This document shows, in pieces, positions 1 through 12,009 of a DNA stretch of 64,000 nucleotides. This DNA comes from Octopus sinensis (taxonomy: Eukaryota), in assembly GCF_006345805.1 (NCBI RefSeq), contig NC_043000.1, forward strand, positions 15,376,001-15,440,000, written 5' to 3'. A model generated the notes under the pieces. That model saw only the letters and a list, made by a program, of their open reading frames with translations, did no database searches and was not told the origin of the DNA. The position numbers were made by a program, and so were the translations under genes. How positions within the stretch are numbered: position 1 is the stretch's first letter; each line of letters opens with the position of its first letter.

Positions 1-144
1 CCAGGTAATTTTTTTGTTGCGCATGCCATTCAGAAAGTTCCGTAGACCACCAGTTGCCTATGATTGTCTTATCTTAAAGAACACATTGAATAATGTGGTC
101 CTAGATACACTACAATTGGAAAAGGGAAGAGACAGACAGATAGT

Positions 145-737
145 TATTTCTTTACTACCCACAAGGGGCTAAACACAGAGGGGACAAACAAGGACAGAAA
201 AACGGATTAAGTCTATTACATTGACCCAAGTGCGTAACTGGTACTTAATTTATCGACCCCGAAAGGATGAAAAGCAAAATCGACCTCGGCGGAATTTGAA
301 CTCAGAACGTAACCGCAGACGAAATACCTATTTCTTTACTACCCACAAGGGGCTAAACACAGAGGGGACAAACAAGGACAGACAAACGGATTAAGTCGAT
401 TACATCGACCCCAGTGCGTAACTGGTACTTAATTTATTGATCCCCGAAAGGATGAAAAGCAAAATCGACCTCGGCGGAATTTGAACTCAGAACGTAACCA
501 CAGACGAAATACCTATTTCTTTACTACCCACAAGGGGCTAAACACAGAGGGGACAGACAAACGGATTAAGTCGATTACATCGACCCCAGTGCGTAACTGG
601 TACTTAATTTATTGACCCCCGAAAGGATGAAAGGTAAAGTCGACCTCGGCGGAATTTGAACTCAGAACGTAATGCCAGACGAAATACGGCTACGCATTTC
701 GCCTGGTGTGCTAATGTTTCTGCCAGCTCGCCGCCTT
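145..737 (-). mobile_element. tRNA-derived SINE family M (Meta/MESC-like core), head-to-tail trimer
   Basis: Head GGCGGCGAGCTGGCAGAAA, B-box GAGTTCAAATTCC and core CTTTCATCCTTTCGGGGTC; the body is repeated three times. Confidence 0.85.
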
Positions 738-1274
738 AGGAAGAAACAGATAGTATAGGATAGTTCCAACTGGTATGCTTGGGTCATAGTTTTTTTTTTA
801 TATGAGAGCTGACTTGACAACTACATACACACATACTGTACCATGACAACAACAAACAGCCTAATTAGCAGCTAAAAAAATAATACACATACCAGCAATT
901 AATATAAATATTCAAATAAATAGAACAGAAATACGAGCAAGTTTACACTTTGTGAAGCAGAATATTGCTGCAGATATAAAGTAAGTGCACAAGATTTGAG
1001 AAAAATGAACAAAGAGTGAGAGTCCAGTAATTACTTTTCCTTACACATCTGTACAACTTTAAAAAAAACATTTATTGTTTAGTTATATTTCAAGCAAAAT
1101 AAACTAAATTATATACTGGCTAATAAGTATGTCAATAGAGTACCAGACAACCAGCCAAGAAGGTACTGCCTCATAGGTTATTGGCACTACATTGTTTCTT
1201 CCATTTTAACTGTAGATATAGTAGAATGATATATATATATATATATATATATATAGATAGATAGATAGATAGAT

Positions 1275-1673
1275 ACTAGCAGTATCGCCCGGCGTTGCAC
1301 GGGTTTGTTTCGACCCTTTAGAATTGGAATTTTTGAAAAGTAAAAATTTTGCATTATGTAGCTTGTTATTCTCTTTAACTGAACATTTTTCTGGTTGAAA
1401 TACACCGAAAAATGGCTACACAGCAGTCAAAAAATCGTAAAAAAAAAAATCGGGATTTTCATAGATAAAAAGCACCTTTTTGATGTAAATAATTTTTGGT
1501 CTTAACATGGTCCGATTTGAATTTTTTCTTCTACGGAAAGAAGAGCAAGCCTTCTTCTATCATACTCTCAATTTTGGTCAACTTGCGCTGCAGGGTCTCA
1601 GAGGAGATGGTGTTAGTTGAAGGCTACCAAACCTGCCATACACAGACAACTTCAGCTTTATATATATATAGAT
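1275..1673 (+). mobile_element. Non-autonomous Helentron/HINE-like (rolling-circle) element
   Basis: Begins ACTAGC...CCCGGCGTTGCACGGG (subterminal hairpin), ends CTTTATATATATATAGAT, and abuts (TA)n(GATA)n. Confidence 0.6.
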
Positions 1674-1745
1674 ATTGTAGAATGGAAACAAAGTTCAACA
1701 GTAAAGAGGGAGAACACTATTAATTAGTAGCTGCTGCTGTCAGCT

Positions 1746-1973
1746 TTAACTGTTTAGCATTCAGATTTCTTTGTCAAATGTAATGCGTATTTATTCACCT
1801 GGTTTTGAATTAGTCACACATTATGTTGTAGCTTCAAGATTTCAATGGTGTGTTTGGATATTTTTAGAATGACATTGTGGGCTAGGTGTAAGAGGCCAGA
1901 TCTGGCCAGTTTGAACATAAAATTGGTAGAATATTTGAGCTGGATATGGCCGGTTTAAATACTAAAGGGTTAA
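1746..1973 (+). mobile_element. piggyBac-like MITE family B
   Basis: TTAA flanks; ends AAAGGG-TTAA; homologous to 32660-32889. Confidence 0.7.
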
Positions 1974-2221
1974 ATACAATTTCTCCAGTGGATGTGACCG
2001 GCAGAGGAGCTGGATCCCAGGGAATCTCTCCTAATGAAAGCATATCCCTAATATAGATCATGGTACTTCTACTGAATGTGGTAGTGCTGTTATAGGCCAA
2101 TAGGGCTTATAATCTGTTGATAGTATGTCTGACAATGAAAAGTCAGTTGATCTTGACAAGATGTTTCACAAAAGACAGATTGAGTTTTATATATATATAT
2201 ATTATATATATATATATATAT

Positions 2222-2386
2222 TTGGTCGTTGCCAGTACCGCCAGAGTGGTTGGCGTTAGGAAGGGCATCCAGCTGTAGAAACTCTGCTAGATCAAATTGG
2301 AGCCTGGTGCAACCATCTGGTTTGCCAGTCCTCAGTCACATTGTCCAACCCATGCTAGCATGGAAAGCTGACATTAAACGATGATG
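2222..2386 (+). mobile_element. 5'-truncated RTE LINE 3'UTR
   Basis: GGTTGGCGTTAGGAAGGGCATCCAGC...CCCATGCTAGCATGG...AAACGATGATG tail. Confidence 0.8.
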
Positions 2387-2761
2387 TCACACACACACAC
2401 CCAGTAATCTCTCACCAAATTGCAGTTTATTATTTAAGCTTACGTCGATTCCTTTGGTGTTGTTTTGCATTTATACTGTTTCTATTTCGCGGATTTTGGA
2501 ATGCAACACCCGTGATAGTTGAGGGATTACTGTTTGTATATATATAACATCATTATTGTTGTTTAACATAGAGCTGTCCAGACTCCAATTGTCTGTTTTG
2601 GCATGGTTTCTACAGCAGGATTCATTTCCTAATGTCAGCACTGAACAGAGTTGGGTACTTTTTACATGCCACTGGCATGGGTGATTTTTTATGTGGCACC
2701 AATGCAAACACACACACACCTCTCGCTTTTTTTCACCACAAACCACAACACACATATACTC

Positions 2762-3143
2762 TGTCTTTTTACTCTTTTACTTGCTTCAGTCATGTGACTG
2801 TGGCTATGCTGGAGCATCGCCTTTAGTCGACCAAATCAACCCCAGGACTTATTCTTTGTAAACCTTGTACTTATTCATAGGTCTCTTTTTCCGAACCGCT
2901 AAGTTAAGGGGACATAAACACACCAGCATTGGTTGTCAAGTGATGTTGGAGGGACAAGCAGACACATAAACATATATACGACGGGCTTTTTCAGTTTCCG
3001 TCTACCAAATCCACTCACAAGGCTTTGGTCAGCCCGAAGCTATAGTAGAAGACACTTGCCCAAGGTGCCACGCAGTGGGACTGAACGTGGGACCATGTGA
3101 TTGGTAAGCAAGCTACTTACTACACAGCCACTCCTACACCTAT
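2762..3143 (-). mobile_element. tRNA/CORE-type SINE family O (bipartite, microsatellite spacer)
   Basis: Head GGAGTGGCTGTGT...GGTTCAGTCC, CORE-like GCACCTTGGGCAAGTGTC, and second half ending GTAAAAGAG. Confidence 0.82.
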
Positions 3144-3968
3144 CATCTCTTCTCTCGCTTTTTTTCAACTGGGGTAACCAGAAATCTCTACAACAAGACA
3201 CCCATTTTTATCCTATCATACTTTAAGCTCTCATTACCTGGCACAAAGCTACCATCCTCAATACTAACACTAGTCTTGCAAGTTACTTGTTGACCTCACT
3301 GATGTTGGAGTCATGTAAAAAGCACCCAGTACACACTGTAAAATGGTTGGTGTTAAGAAGTGTGTCCAGTTGTAGAAACCGTGCCAAAGCAGAAGGTAGA
3401 GTTTGGTATGATCCTCTAGCTTGCTGGCTCCTGTCAAACAGCCAATGCCAGCATGGAAAACAGATGTATGACGACGATATAGAAACATAGTTATGTTGCT
3501 GAAGACTGGACCCTCTTTGCAATATTTGTTAGTTCTCCCAAGATCAGGATTGGGGAAGCTTTCAATATGTGAAAAGCAGACTGAATTAATGTAATCTAAT
3601 AAAACTGCATTAAAGAAAATTTTAATTAAATATACTGAAAAACTTAAAGTAAAAAATAAAAATGTAAACTGGCGCCTTAAGGAATAAAGAACACTGAAAT
3701 ATACTAAATAATCAACAAAATGTATATTTTAATGCAAAATTCAGACTTGTTCAGAATTGCTGCACCTAAGTGCCTCAGAGAATGCATTCCTCATTCCTGC
3801 TCCAGACCTGAAGCTTATTTAAGTAATCATCATCATCATCATAGTTGTTTTAATGTTAACTTTTGCATGTTTGCTAGAGTCAGGAAAAATTTGTTGAGGA
3901 TTTCATGGTCGAATGCTCTTTCTGCTATCAACCTTTAGTTGTTTCTAAGATGATATTCCTCCTAGTTA

Positions 3969-4380
3969 AGGTGATGAGCTGGCAGAAATGTTAGCATACC
4001 AGGTGAAATGCTTAGTGGTATTTCATCTGCTACTACGTTCTGAGTTCAAATTCCGCCGAGGTCGACTTTGCCTTTCATCCTTTCGGGGTTAATAAATTAA
4101 GTACCAGTTACACACTGGGGTCAATGTAATCGACTTAATCCCTTTGTTTGTCCCCTCTATGTTTAGCTCCTTGTGGGCAATAAAGAAATAAGAAATGTTA
4201 GCATGCTGGGCGAAATGCTTAGTGATATTTCGTCTGCCTTTACATTCTGAGTTCAAATTCTGCCAAGGTCGACTTTGCCTTTCATCCTTTCACAGTTGAT
4301 AAGTTAAGTATCAGTTGCATACTGGAGTCAATCTAAGCGACTGCCCCTTCCCCTCCCCCCAAATTTCGGACTTTGTGCCA
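3969..4380 (+). mobile_element. SINE family M dimer
   Basis: Two successive bodies with GAGTTCAAATTC B-boxes and the same core as 145-737. Confidence 0.8.
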
Positions 4381-4556
4381 AGAACAGAAAAGAATATTCC
4401 TACTAGTTCTTCAAATACAAATGGCACACTGGCTGAAAATTGTTTTCAGGGAGGATTGCATATAAGCTACACTGCTTGTATAATGGTGTTTCTTCATAAT
4501 TAGCATGTGATGTCAAGATAAGGAGACACAAACACACGATGTTGATACATATAAGC

Positions 4557-4715
4557 ACAGGCATGGCTGTGTGGTAAGAAGCTTGCTTACCAACCACATG
4601 GTTCCGGGTTCAGTCCGACTGCGTGGCACCTTGGGCAAGTGTCTTCTTTTATAGTCTCAGGCTGACCAAAGCCTTGTGAGCAGATTTGGTAGAAGGAAAC
4701 TGAAAGAAACCTGTC

Positions 4716-4762
<47 letters not shown>

Positions 4763-5000
4763 CATATTTGTGTGTATGTCTTTGTGTCTATGTTTGTCCC
4801 CCACCACCATTGCTTGACAACTGGTGTAGGAGTGTTTACATCCCCATAATTTAGCGGTTCAACAAAAGAGACTAATAGAATAAGTACTAGGCTTACAAAA
4901 TGTAAGTTCTGGGGTCGAGTTCTTTAACTAAAAACCCCTTTAAGGCAGTACTCCAGCATGGCTGCAGTCAAATAACTGAAACAAGTAAAAGGATAAAAAG
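4557..5000 (+). mobile_element. SINE family O
   Basis: Head, (TA)n spacer and second half as at 2762-3143. Confidence 0.82.
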
Positions 5001-5385
5001 ATATATATATATATATATCTCATCATTTAACATCCATGTTCCATGCTACACGAGTTGGATTCATCATCATTATTTAACACACGTCTCACCATCATCATCA
5101 TTTCACATCTGTTTTGACAGGAACTGGTGAGTCAGAAGACTGCAACAAGCTCTGCTGTCTGTTTCGGGCATAGTTTATATGGCTGGATGCCCTTCCTAAC
5201 ACCAACCACTTTACAGAGTGGACTGGATGCTTTTATGCAGCATCAGCACGTGCATTTATGTGGCACTGGTACAGGTGCTTTTTATGAGGGACCAGCCCCC
5301 ATGAACCTACAAGATTATGAATGTCCACCTGGAGAGGGATGCAGAACACACACACAATAGGTTTCTTTCAGTTTCTTATTTCTTT

Positions 5386-5760
5386 ATTGCTCACAAGGGG
5401 CTAAACATAGAGGGGACAAACAAGAACAGACAAAGAGATTAAGTCGATTACACTGACCCCAGTGTGTAACTGGTACTTAATTTATCAACCATGAAAGGAT
5501 GAAAAGCAAAGTTGACCTCAGTGGAATTTGAACTCAGAAAGTAAAGACAGACGAAATACCTATTTCTTTACTACCTACAAGGGGACAAACAAGGACAGAC
5601 AAATGGATTAAGTCGATTATATCAACCCCAGTGCGTAACTGGTACTTATTTAATTGACCCCGAAAGGATGAAAGGCAAAGTTGACCTCGGCGGAATTTGA
5701 ACTCAGAATGTAAAGACAGACGAAATACCACTAAGCATTTCACCCGGCGTGCTAACGTTT
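5386..5760 (-). mobile_element. SINE family M dimer
   Basis: Same body and the same junction as 145-737. Confidence 0.8.
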
Positions 5761-6519
5761 CTGTCTACCAAATCTACTCACATGGCTTTGGCTGACCTGG
5801 GTCTATAGAAGACATATGCCTAAGGTAGAGTACAGTGAGACCAAACCCCAAAACCACATGGTTGCAAAGTAAACTTAAGTATTCAGCCATCCCTGTAGCT
5901 TTGTGTGGCAAAGTAGTTATAAATGCAGGCATAGATAGGCACATCGTAGAACACCAGGAGAGGTGACTGCTATACACACAAATCAAACTCACATCCTTAT
6001 TAGTTGTATGTATACAGTACCAGTGTAAATAAACCCTCCTCCTATTTCTTCTTTAGGCATACACCAGCTATGAGATTAAGTGCTGTACTTTTGACCACAG
6101 GTCTTACAACAGTCACTGTGATGCATTCCTGAGCAAGGTACCTAACACAAAGAACAGGATTCATTCTTACCTTGTATTTGAGTGGCTAGCACTAAGGAGG
6201 GTATCTAGTTGTGGAAACAACTGATTTGAAAGTAAGAAACATCCTACCCATGCAAGTGTGGAAAATGTTTTGTATTTGTGAGTGCATGCATACCTTTCAA
6301 TTTAGGAATAGAAAATGTACTCAAAACATAGCTGAGTATATTATTTGAAACTCTCTGCCATTTCTACACTGAGTTTCACATTTTCATTTGTCACAACTAC
6401 TAGAATTTAAACAACAAGTTTCAAGATATCTGAAAGTTTTAGTTTGATAGCCAGGATATGACAAAGAATTTTATAACACCTGTAGTCAGGGCAATGCATA
6501 GATTTCCAACATGAAGAAA

Positions 6520-6695
6520 TTTCTCGTGCCAGTGGCACATAAAAGCACACACTACACTCTCAGAGTGGTTGGTGTTAGGAAGGGCATCCAGCTGTAGAAA
6601 CTCTGCCAGATCAGATTGGAGTCTGGTTCGCCAGACCTCAGTCAAACCGTCCAACCCATGCTAGCATGGAAAGCGGACGTTAAATGATGATGATG
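6520..6695 (+). mobile_element. 5'-truncated RTE LINE 3'UTR
   Basis: GTGGCACATAAAAGCAC...GTTAAATGATGATGATG. Confidence 0.8.
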
Positions 6696-7329
6696 AACTG
6701 CATCAGCACTAAGCAGTGATTAGGAATAAACAATCCTTAGGTTAGTTAAAATGTGCTTGTAACATATTTTAATTTTTAAATGTAAATTCACATGGAGAAA
6801 AAATTCTCTTATGATAGAAGGTGTAAAAACACTGTATATTCGCCCAGTGTTTCTGGCTCTTTAGCCTTCCTCAATGGGAAATACTGAAGAGAGATAACCC
6901 TGGGCAGATTCAAAGATGTAGCTTTAACTAAAAAGCAGTCAACATCAGTGACTGAGTTGTGCTAGTGAACTTCCTGGTCAGAATACGAATAGCAGCATCA
7001 ATACCAAGCAGAGATGTGTGTACATTGTTGGTAATGATAAATCAAGGATGATTATCAGTATATACTAAAACAAAATCAATTCTTAATTTCTGTGAAACAA
7101 GACATGGTTATAATGTTAAGGAAATCTACAGGCATTATTTTTGTTTTTTACTTGTGGAAGTGGAGCCATGCCTATGGCCTTTGCAGACTCTCTGAGACTG
7201 GTGACATTGGTGCTGTTCATGTTCCATTTCAAATGTTGCAAGTCAACACCTTCAGAAGGTCTGATGTTCTGGGATGAATGGACTCAACAGTGGGAATGAA
7301 AGGAAAAAAGATGAGCCAGTATCTCAGTG

Positions 7330-8890
7330 TAAGAGGCATAAGACCAGCTACAACACTGTAAAACAGGGGCTACAGAAAGGGCAGAAAAAGAGGAAATAGC
7401 ACATCTGTGGGCAAAAGCTTTAAGTGTATCTGCAAGTGATTTTTCTCTAGATGCAGTCCAGGGTATCTGTGTGTAGCAGCAGCTCTACTCCAGATGCGAG
7501 AGCTATACTCCATTATGAGCTTCACTTGAACTTCGAAGGACATCAGCAATTGCTAGTGGCTGACGTATTTTATAGCCTTAAAGAGAAGGACTAGCCTTTA
7601 CGATGCAGTCCTAGTTATGTTGAAGGTGTGCTTTCACAAGGAGAGATCCCTAGTGAAAGCAAGGCCTAACATTTGAAGTGACTGTGGGTGTTCTAGTTCA
7701 GTGCTGCTTGTATTTAAGTAGGGGTGTAGTGTGATGGTGTTTTCTACATATGAGTAATGCTTGAGCCTTTTACTGCCAAAAGAGACTGGTATGGCTTCAC
7801 TGGAGAATACATATTGATCTCCATGAAATTAGTGTAGCTTTGGCATATGACAGCTAAGTTGTACATGGATAATGCACTGATGCAGTGGGGGAAGGCTAAG
7901 GAGGAATGAATATTTGTATTATCTGTATAAGAATGAGTATTGTTGGATGTAACAGCAACTGATGATAGACTGAAGAGAGTGCGGTGGAGGTAAAATCAAA
8001 GTCACATAAGAATCAACTGAGAATGGCACAAAAATAGCTCTGTCAACATACATCATGGTGGTGCAATCTGATAGGATCCTAGAGATGAGAGATGGAAGGA
8101 GTCCAAAAGCACAATGTTTCAATAGGAGGTTTGCACACCAGACATGGTTGAAAGCTTTGCTGACGTCAAGAGTAACAACATTGTTTTCACTGAATTTCTC
8201 TAAAAGATAAAAGCCCACTAGTGGGTGATGTAAAAAATGTTGGTCTCCTGTGGATATGGATCCACAGAATCCACACTAGTGGTGAGAACAGAGATTCAAA
8301 TTGTTGGAGAACCTCATTGTTAATGGCTATCTCCATTACCTCAGAGGTACTAAAAGTGAATGTATAGGATGATAGTTGGACAGGATCAGAGTGAATAGGA
8401 GGCCTTTCTGAGGAATAGTATACACTGGAGGTTTCCAAAGAAGAGTTCAGTGAATATTGAAGGCAAACTTAGGAGTGCAAGGCCTGGATATAATGGAAGG
8501 GACATTGTCAGGGCTGGTGGCCTTGTTGGTTTAAAACAAGTGAAGGTGTTTTCTCATATAGCAAATGAATATGCAGATGAGTAGTCAGGTGGTGTAGAGG
8601 GAGATAGAGTTGGAAAAGAGTTTCCAACTCGCTGTGTATGTTGGATGTAAAATGAGCAGTACAGGTGGATACTTTCCCAATGGGAGTACTTCTCCTGGAG
8701 ACATCATTGTTGAGAAATGAAGAAAGACAAGATTCCACACAGTTGGTGGAGATTCTTTGGACAAGTGACCAGAAAGATTGGTTGCAGTCTGGGAGCCAAG
8801 AAAGCATGAAGGTTATGCAATGAATAATGGCATTTTTTTGCTGTCTGCTGAGTGGTTTTGCAAGATTTGCATTGTTAGACAAATGTCCCA
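7330..8890 (-). mobile_element. Decayed non-LTR retrotransposon (CR1/Jockey-group RT fragment)
   Basis: VTLDVSKAFNHVW..LLLKH.AFGL matches the RT motif LDxSKAFDxVW; many stops and frameshifts; boundaries approximate. Confidence 0.8.
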
Positions 8891-11800
8891 AGTTTTTAAA
8901 GTGTCAATATAACTAGTCAGTCAAATGTGTATTCTTACAATGTGTTCTTTATTCTAAAACCCTCCAAGATCATAGGAACTTTAAATCTCTTGTTAAATTG
9001 ATATGAAACAAATGTCATCATAAATAAAATGCTAGTCTATTCCATGTAACTTACTTATAAAAGGCCACCATCTAATCTCCAGTTCAAGTAAACTGACACA
9101 GCTCAATCATTAAGTATTTTTGCCAAAGATACAAAATGATATCTACAACAAATTTGAACTCACAACTCACGAGTTGGTAGTTTAATACATTGATCAGAAA
9201 ATTTAACTATCATCATCATTTAACGTCCGCTTTCCATGGACGATTTGACTGAGGACTGGTGAACCGGATGGCTGCACCAGGCTCCAATCTGATCTAGCAG
9301 AATTTCTACAGCTGGATGCCCTCCCTTTAGATCCATTCTTTCAGCTCAGCACAACTCCCATCACTTAGGCTCACACAATCAGTATAGCTGTTTCACTTGA
9401 AATTTGTTTTACGGTTTAACTGCAATAAAGTTGGTAACAACTCCACCACACTTCGGTAAACCTTTAATCAGCTATCTCTTAAGATTAGTCATTCTGCTAT
9501 TTTATGAAATTACTTCATTCGGCCAGTTAAGTATAAAGAGTTGAACAGGGCTTCAATGCACTTGCTGCACTCAACTTTGCACTGATAATTTCAGTTGCAG
9601 CATTCAGAAATTCATTGTCAGAGACAAAACGGAAAATTGACAGAGCCATTAGAGTATAGAATAAAATGTCTCATAGTATTCACTCCCATTCTCTGCATTC
9701 CGAGTTAAACTTTGCCTGTCAATCGTTTGGACATCAATAAAAAAAAAAGTATTAATCCAAAGCAGTGGGTTGGCAGAATTATCATAGGTTTGAGTAAGAT
9801 GCCTTGGAATGTCTATTCCATCTCTGTGTGCTTTTATAACATTTACAATGGCACCGATTCCAAGCTGGTGGCCTTCCTCTTTGATAAACATTAGTATCAT
9901 GGGGAAGGGCAATTGCCAGTCTCCTTCAAAAAATTACTCAGGTCTGTGCATACCGAAGCATGATTGATTGAGGGAGATCCCAACCTTACTTCTTACAGTG
10001 TATACTTACAAGATTTATATCAATTAGTTTCGTTTTTATTTATCATCAAGTGTCATTTAAAAAGGTTCCTGGTTTGAATTTAATCTGGAACAATGTACAT
10101 CATCATCATTTAATGTCTGCTTTCCATGCTAGCATGGGTTGGACCAATGTACATATTCAGGAATGAGAAATTCTATGACAATCAGAAAATAAAGTGGATA
10201 AAACTTGGTAGATATGAATAATGTAAATATACACTCTAAAGATAAGTTAAACACTTCAGAAATTTGTATTGTATGTTGATACTCCTGTGTAAGTGACTCT
10301 GTCCCTATACAACAATGCATTACATGCTATAGTGGAAGTATAGCTCCAAGTTTCAACAAATAAACTATAATCAGTATGTATTTTGTAGAGTATTGTTCTT
10401 GTAGCAAATTCTCTGCTATGTTGTAAGCAGATGGTTGTAAGTTTTTCACAGCCCCAGCTCCATCAACTGAAATGATTGCATTGGTTGATTCTTCCAGGAT
10501 ATATAACTACACTCTAAAAAGTTTTTCCTTCCTCTTGGTGAATGTATACAAGACAAGCCTCAGTGTATCCTTCTGTGAGAGACTGAAAATATGTTCTGCC
10601 CACGTAGAATTTTATATTGTTTTTCATCGATAATTAATCTTAAAAGTACAAATTAAGGGTTTCAGGGAACTCTTTTCTCTGATAAACTATTTTCATCACT
10701 ACTCTTTTACCCAACCTTTCATTGCCAGGGCTTCAATAGTTTTATACTAGATGAGTTTCATATGAAATTTGTTGTCACTCAGAAACCTGATCAAATCACT
10801 CGTAGTTGAGCAACTTTATTAACCTTCTAAACAAATACAAGTTTAAACTGCATACTTGTGTATGTGCACTCGCATACACACACAAGAGAAATTCTTTTTT
10901 TAAATAACAAATGCAGTTGCTTAAAATATCTAATTGGACAGAAAAATAAGCAGAGCAGCAAGTGATTAATTTAGATAATAATCTGATACCAGCTTGTTAA
11001 GCTGAGACTAAAATATTGTGAAGGTGATTACGGGATAGCAAAGGAAATACCTCTATCATGTTTACTTACAAAAATGATCACCATCGTGACCATCATTTGT
11101 TTATTTGCCTTGAATTAACAAAACCCATGAAATAATGTTGTGCTAGCTATGTTAGAGCGTGTCCCCGATGAAGAATAAAATTTCAACAGTTGTCTTGAAG
11201 CAGTTAGTATGACGGTGAATGGTGGTGGTCCTAGATTTTATCCAGGCCAACGAATCATTCCTGTTCATTGAACAAGCTTGAATAGCATCTAGAAATCGGC
11301 TAACAAATCAATTACTTCTTGCTAATTTTTTTTCCTACCAACAGATTGAATTGATTACACATTTCACACACGCCAAATAACGACCGTGTTAAAATCACAT
11401 TAATATTAAGCAGTAAACAACTAATCCGGATTATGCTCATTGATATGGGTATACATACCCAACTGTTCGTTGAAAGGTCATCGAACTTTAAGTACACGAG
11501 ATCTTTAGATGCCACCAGCAAGCCACGAATCAAGATTACTCTTCAACATTAAATAGTCTGACAATAGTTGAGCACAACGTTTTTAAAGATATATAAAGAA
11601 ATGAGAGGTAGTGACATTAATGCTTTTCTTAGTGGCATTAACAGCGTATTAAGTAAACTGATACTATTTCAATGAGCTACCAGTTCCTGACCAAGCAATA
11701 TACATATGACAATTCCTAAGCTTAACAGCCACAGCTTAGCTAATCTACTGATTTGCTTCAGCGTAGTGAAGAAATAAGGGGTAGGGGTAAATTCATACTA

Positions 11801-11977
11801 AGCAGTGCACTGCATAACAATAGAATATGCAGCATAGATTGTTTAGTAACTGCTGATGTATACAGTTTAGAAAATCCATAAGAATGATAAATAAATAGAT
11901 AAAATATCGAAGCGTAAGTTGATCTGATATTGCCCCAGAGGAAATAGCATTTGTGTACATTTCAAGAGATTTCTGGG

Positions 11978-12009
<32 letters not shown>

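Noticed and set aside
10514-10627. GIY-YIG (Penelope-like) motif KFYVGRT
   Set aside because: Only one partial motif in a 37-aa frame; the other conserved residues and any adjacent RT are missing.
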